DNA of 64,000 bases from Guillardia theta CCMP2712 (Eukaryota; Protista; Cryptophyta): NCBI RefSeq assembly GCF_000315625.1, contig NW_005434491.1, forward strand, positions 9,786-73,785, written 5' to 3'. Shown piece after piece: positions 60,001 through 64,000 of the stretch. Each line of letters starts with the position of its first letter. The stretch's first letter is position 1. Made by a program: the position numbers and the translations under genes. The notes under the pieces were generated by a model. The model made no database searches and was not told the origin of the DNA. It was given only the letters and a program-made list of their open reading frames with translations.

Positions 60001-63000
60001 AACTAACAGCATGGTCCAACCAATGGGGGTGTCAAACAATAAACCAGCTACAACGAGAAATCAGATCGGGCAGACTCAAAGAGAACGAAGAGATAAGAGG
60101 ACCGGAAAGACTCGCAATCTGGATAGCGGAAAAAATGCAGACCACCATCAGTTGGGAAATGATTGAAAGCAAGATGAAACCGGGGACAATAGCCATCTTA
60201 CACGACCTGGAGGACAAGATGCTCTCAGAAGAAAACTCCCTGCTGTCCGGAGAAAACTCCCTACCTACATCTCCTGCTCGGCAAGGCTGGGAGAGTTTTG
60301 CAAAGGCATGGAGACTACTGCCCCAAGTAGGCTTCCACTCCATGACAAGTGTCTTACCCGTCCCAGATACCGAGGGCATCTCCCTGCACCTGCCCATCCG
60401 ACTCTGGCCATTCCCAAAGCAAAGGGAACAAGCAGAAGAAATCCTTGCACAATATCTGCAAGCGAATGTCATCTGGGCAAAACTCGGACTTGAGCAGGCA
60501 GGAACAGGGAAGAGAAGAAGGCCAGCCAGGGAGGAGGGGAAGCCCCCAAACAAGAGAAGGAAAGGAAAAAGGGAGGCTAGCCCACATGAACTTCAGCCAC
60601 ACAAGAAACTAGCCAGACCGGACCAAGGGAGAGAGGAAACGAATACGAAGGCTTGCACCCGGGTAATTTTGAGGCGGTGGCTCCAACATGACCCCACCTG
60701 TTATGATGAAGGAAGGAATCAGCAAGAAAGATTCAGCCACACTTCAAGCAACATACCTTTCAAAGTTCAAGGAAACAGAGCCATCTTTGAGCGATCTCAA
60801 ATTGAAGAAAGCAAGACCGTGGATCCACCAATACTCGGAATGGTTGGAAGCGTCGCTGGACTCGGCTCCCTTCGCATCTGCAACAAGGGAAGAGGACGGT
60901 AATAACCGAAGAGACTGCAATCAAAGCATCCATCTGCTGCTGGAAATAGTTAATGCATTGGACGACGGCGAAACAGAAGCTACAGCATGGTGGCAACAAC
61001 TCGAGGAGGTAGTATCAGAGGTTCGCCAAGAAACAACACAACCATTGGCATACGAGTTTTTACAACACCTAGCAGAGATTACAGAATGCGACATCAGTAC
61101 ATTTCGTAACTGGCCTACCCTACACACACATCCCCAGGCTCTGGGCAAAAAGAGAGCAAGGGAACTGCACAGAGTGGTGGTTTGGATGGACAAACAACAG
61201 AGATTTCGCGAACAAATCCTGGATACAATACATGTCATTCTGATAGGATGGAAGAATAACATTGATGAGATACCAGAAGGTTTTGAAATTATCAGCCGGG
61301 TCCCGAAAGGCGCTCAAATAGCTTATGCAGCAAACTTCTGGCAAACAGGGAATAGGTGCTTGACGAAAACTGTAGAGGAGCTATGGATACTAGTTGGGCA
61401 CACATTCCCAACGTACTTGCGGGACCAGCTTCATGACAACATCCTCCCAACGTATGAGGAGCTGTGTAACAGACGAAGGGATCAGATCCAGCCGCGCAGC
61501 GATCATCAAGGCGGAAGGCATTTCACAGCAGCTATTGAAGGAGACATCACGCAGGGCAGAAAAAACAGATCCATGCGAATAGGATATGTTCTCCAACAAC
61601 AAGAGATGACGTCAGGAGGAGGGATGAAAATCAATGGGAAGTGCAGCATCATTCGAGCGAACACAATCGCAATTGGCTTACTTCTGCAACATGTCCTTGA
61701 GGAAGGAATACAGATCAAAAGGGGAAATCAAGTCACAATAATGTACCAGTCCACACGTTTCCACCGCTTTATGACAAATACGTTGCGAATGGATACCATG
61801 CGATACGAAGACGAACTGCTGGAGGACCTACATGATCGGTTACTCACTTGCATGAAGAAACTCGAAGGGAGGGGAATCAGGATCCGACTCCAACTAGCAA
61901 AAGAATCTCAGAGACATATTCAAGAGGCAAAGGAAATGGCCAAGCAAGGAAAACAAGCATTTGCCTCGGGATGGGAGAAAGCAATCTACGATAGCCCAAT
62001 GGAATTCATCATTGCAGGAGAAGAAAATCCTACATCAGGATTCGATCGCTTGAAGAAATGGGACTACATTATCAGACAACAGACAATGGTGGCAAGGATT
62101 CGAGCGGGAGACCTCACCTTGACAGAGAAATTCATGCTCGAAATGCATGTGGGAAGAGATTTACTAGGGAGAGGGTTCAAACAATGCGAAGGGTCAGTTA
62201 CACGAACAGCTATCCAAGCGATCACCTTCTCAGCACCGACGAGGAAGAAGCTCTTTCAATGGGGGAAAACTAACTCACCATGTTGTCCTCACTGTCCAGA
62301 CCGAGAAGAAACCTGGGGACATGTTCAGCTTGCGTGTAGGCAATTCCAAGATATGATTCAAAAAGCACACAACGAAGTCATGAAGAAGATCAAGGTAAGA
62401 CTGCAGCAGAGCTGGAGGAAACAAAGGGTACAGGTCAATTCATGGTGGGACACTCCAATACGCATCGTGATGGAAGCGATGGGGACTTCAATGCACCGAA
62501 AAGGGCAATGGATACCAGACGGTTGCTGCTACTTTGCAAGCATCAAACGCATTGTCCTCATCGAATTTGCAAGGACATCGGAATATGACGGAGTCGAACA
62601 AACAAGTCTGGAATGCCTGAAGAAGAAATTTCAGGAAAAGGAAGAGAAATATGCCCCTCTGCGAGCAGCAATCACAGCTTTGCTACCTGACCATGAAGTG
62701 GAACAAGCAACATTCATAGCAGGAGTGAAAGGATCGATCATGGAGAGGGAATGGCATGAGAATTTCAGGAGGCTAAGGGTGGATGACACGGAATGGGAAG
62801 GCATCAAGACAGCAGCAATCAAGCAACTGCTGGAGGTGCAACACATGCTATGGACGGCAAGAAGGGTAAGAGAGTCGATGTAGTCCGATGGGGGCAGGCG
62901 CGGCTCATGGGCAAGCCACCCATGGCGCATGGTCATGGGCTGCATGAAGGGAAGAAGAGAAGGGCTAGCCAGCAGGAGAAGGTACAGCCTTGCCACAGTG

Positions 63001-63285
63001 GGCGACTGCGTGTTGGGGGGGGAAGGGGCAGGAAGGTACAACGGAACTTAGCGAAAATAAGGAAGGGGACCGGGATCGGAATTGGAACGGGCCCGGAGGA
63101 CAGCGTTACTGAAAACAACTAATACGGAAGCAACCAGGCCTAAGGGGCCTATAGGAGAATGGGCCAACCTCCCAAGGTTGGGAACCCCTTTAGACGGATC
63201 ATTAGGCGAGAGATGAGCGAAGAGCAATAGTTCTTAGCTATGAAACTTTTGACTAAGAGTCTAATAAACTCAAATAATAATAATA
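57020..63285 (+). mobile_element. 5'-truncated, frameshifted non-LTR retrotransposon (APE remnant-RT-RNase H-like-CCHC-RLE; Dualen/RandI-like) lying between telomeric repeats, with (AAT)n tail
   Basis: APE-like FTFSTW..AKLDH..VDHRALVV; RT KAAGMD, RPI, QEGFR, LYLDF, GLPQGSPASP, FADD, KYLG; thumb GGL; CPHC..ETWGHVQLAC; AHN; PD..IEF..KEEKY; AATAAA at 63263 and AAT tail 63273-63285. Confidence 0.92.
57177..62883 (+). pseudogene. Retrotransposon polyprotein broken by several frameshifts (ORFs 57177-58367, 58171-59730, 59757-60902, 60688-62883)
   Basis: Contiguous domain order across frames; FADD at 59317-59328; stop at 62883. Confidence 0.85.
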
Positions 63286-63329
63286 GGGTTTAGGGTTTAG
63301 GGTTTAGGGTTTAGGGTTTAGGGTTTAGG
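63286..63329 (+). repeat. Telomeric repeat tract (TTTAGGG) x ~6
   Basis: GGG(TTTAGGG)5TTTAGG. Confidence 0.97.
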
Positions 63330-64000
63330 AGGTTCCTTATTTCCTGGCAGGTTCCTTAGGGGCTGTGCAACGGCGGGGCTGTGCAACGGCGGCAACACGT
63401 CCATCGCAAGAGTCAAGAGAGTCTTGTTGGAGATCGCTAACAGGCTCGAGATCAAAGTTGAAGGCATCGACATGGAGGAGGATTTGAACACCAAGTCCTG
63501 GAACGGGTCCAAGCTATGCATCCTCCTCGGCTCCACGGAGGATGCTCGACGCATGATGAAGGAGCTGCCCTTCTATCTCGAAGGCGCAGCAACCAAGCTC
63601 GAAGCAGTCGGCTTCGACAAGGAGCCTGAGGCGGCTGGTCAGCGGGGCACCAGCGACGCAGCGCAGCGACAGGAGGAGAGCGAGGGAGAGTGGCTGGAGT
63701 TTACAGACCTGGAGAGGATCACAATGGAGGCAGCATCTCCGTCAAGCCAAGAGGACATGCAGCTTGTCAGCGAGCTGTCAGCAGTCATCGAAGATGCAGC
63801 TTCTTTGAACGAGGCGGGGACGAGCGAGCCGATCAAGCTGGTCCTGGACAAGGCCGTTGGCAACCTCCACGACACCTTCTACTCTCCGGGGAGCCTGGAG
63901 TTCATGTCGCTGGGAGAGTGGGCGAAGACGCCAGAGGAGCAGGGAGTGGGACGCAACGTTCTCAAGGAGAAGCTGGGGAAGTGGCTGCAGAGCAAGCGCT
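63330..64000 (+). mobile_element. Start of the next array unit; open ORF to window end (putative ORF1/N-terminal region, probably 5'-truncated)
   Basis: Follows the telomeric tract with the same TTTAGG|AGG junction; frame GLCNGGNTSIARVKR...KLGKWLQSKR open to 64000. Confidence 0.6.

Noticed and set aside
56686-63197. LTR retrotransposon (direct repeats 56686-56984 and 62893-63197 as LTRs)
   Set aside because: RT is non-LTR type, the element has an AAT tail and RLE, there is no TG..CA, integrase or PBS, and the left repeat is separated by telomeric repeats

Overview
Gene-dense eukaryotic nuclear DNA with many short spliceosomal introns, purine/pyrimidine microsatellites and four N-gaps. GC content, intron style, an RWP-RK gene, a bipartite plastid-type leader and TTTAGGG repeats suggest an alga, most likely a cryptophyte such as Guillardia (inference, not verified). 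From 1 to ~55 kb lie a glycosyltransferase-like/PAN protein, a transmembrane RelA/SpoT-like nucleotidyltransferase, DDX27/DRS1 helicase, a coiled-coil TKL kinase, a thioredoxin/PDI protein, a C2-less copine vWA protein, a TBC-WD40 RabGAP, an ankyrin protein, RPL13A, an FAD monooxygenase, serine palmitoyltransferase LCB2, a TM-PTEN-C2-cNMP phosphatase, a UBX protein and an RWP-RK factor. The last ~9 kb looks subtelomeric: a head-to-tail array of non-LTR retrotransposon pieces separated by short (TTTAGGG)n tracts. The central 6.3-kb copy is frameshifted and carries an APE remnant, RT, a degenerate RNase H, a CCHC knuckle and a restriction-like endonuclease (Dualen/RandI-like). One junction looks like telomerase healing of a broken copy. 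Exon boundaries and several gene starts were read by eye and are approximate.
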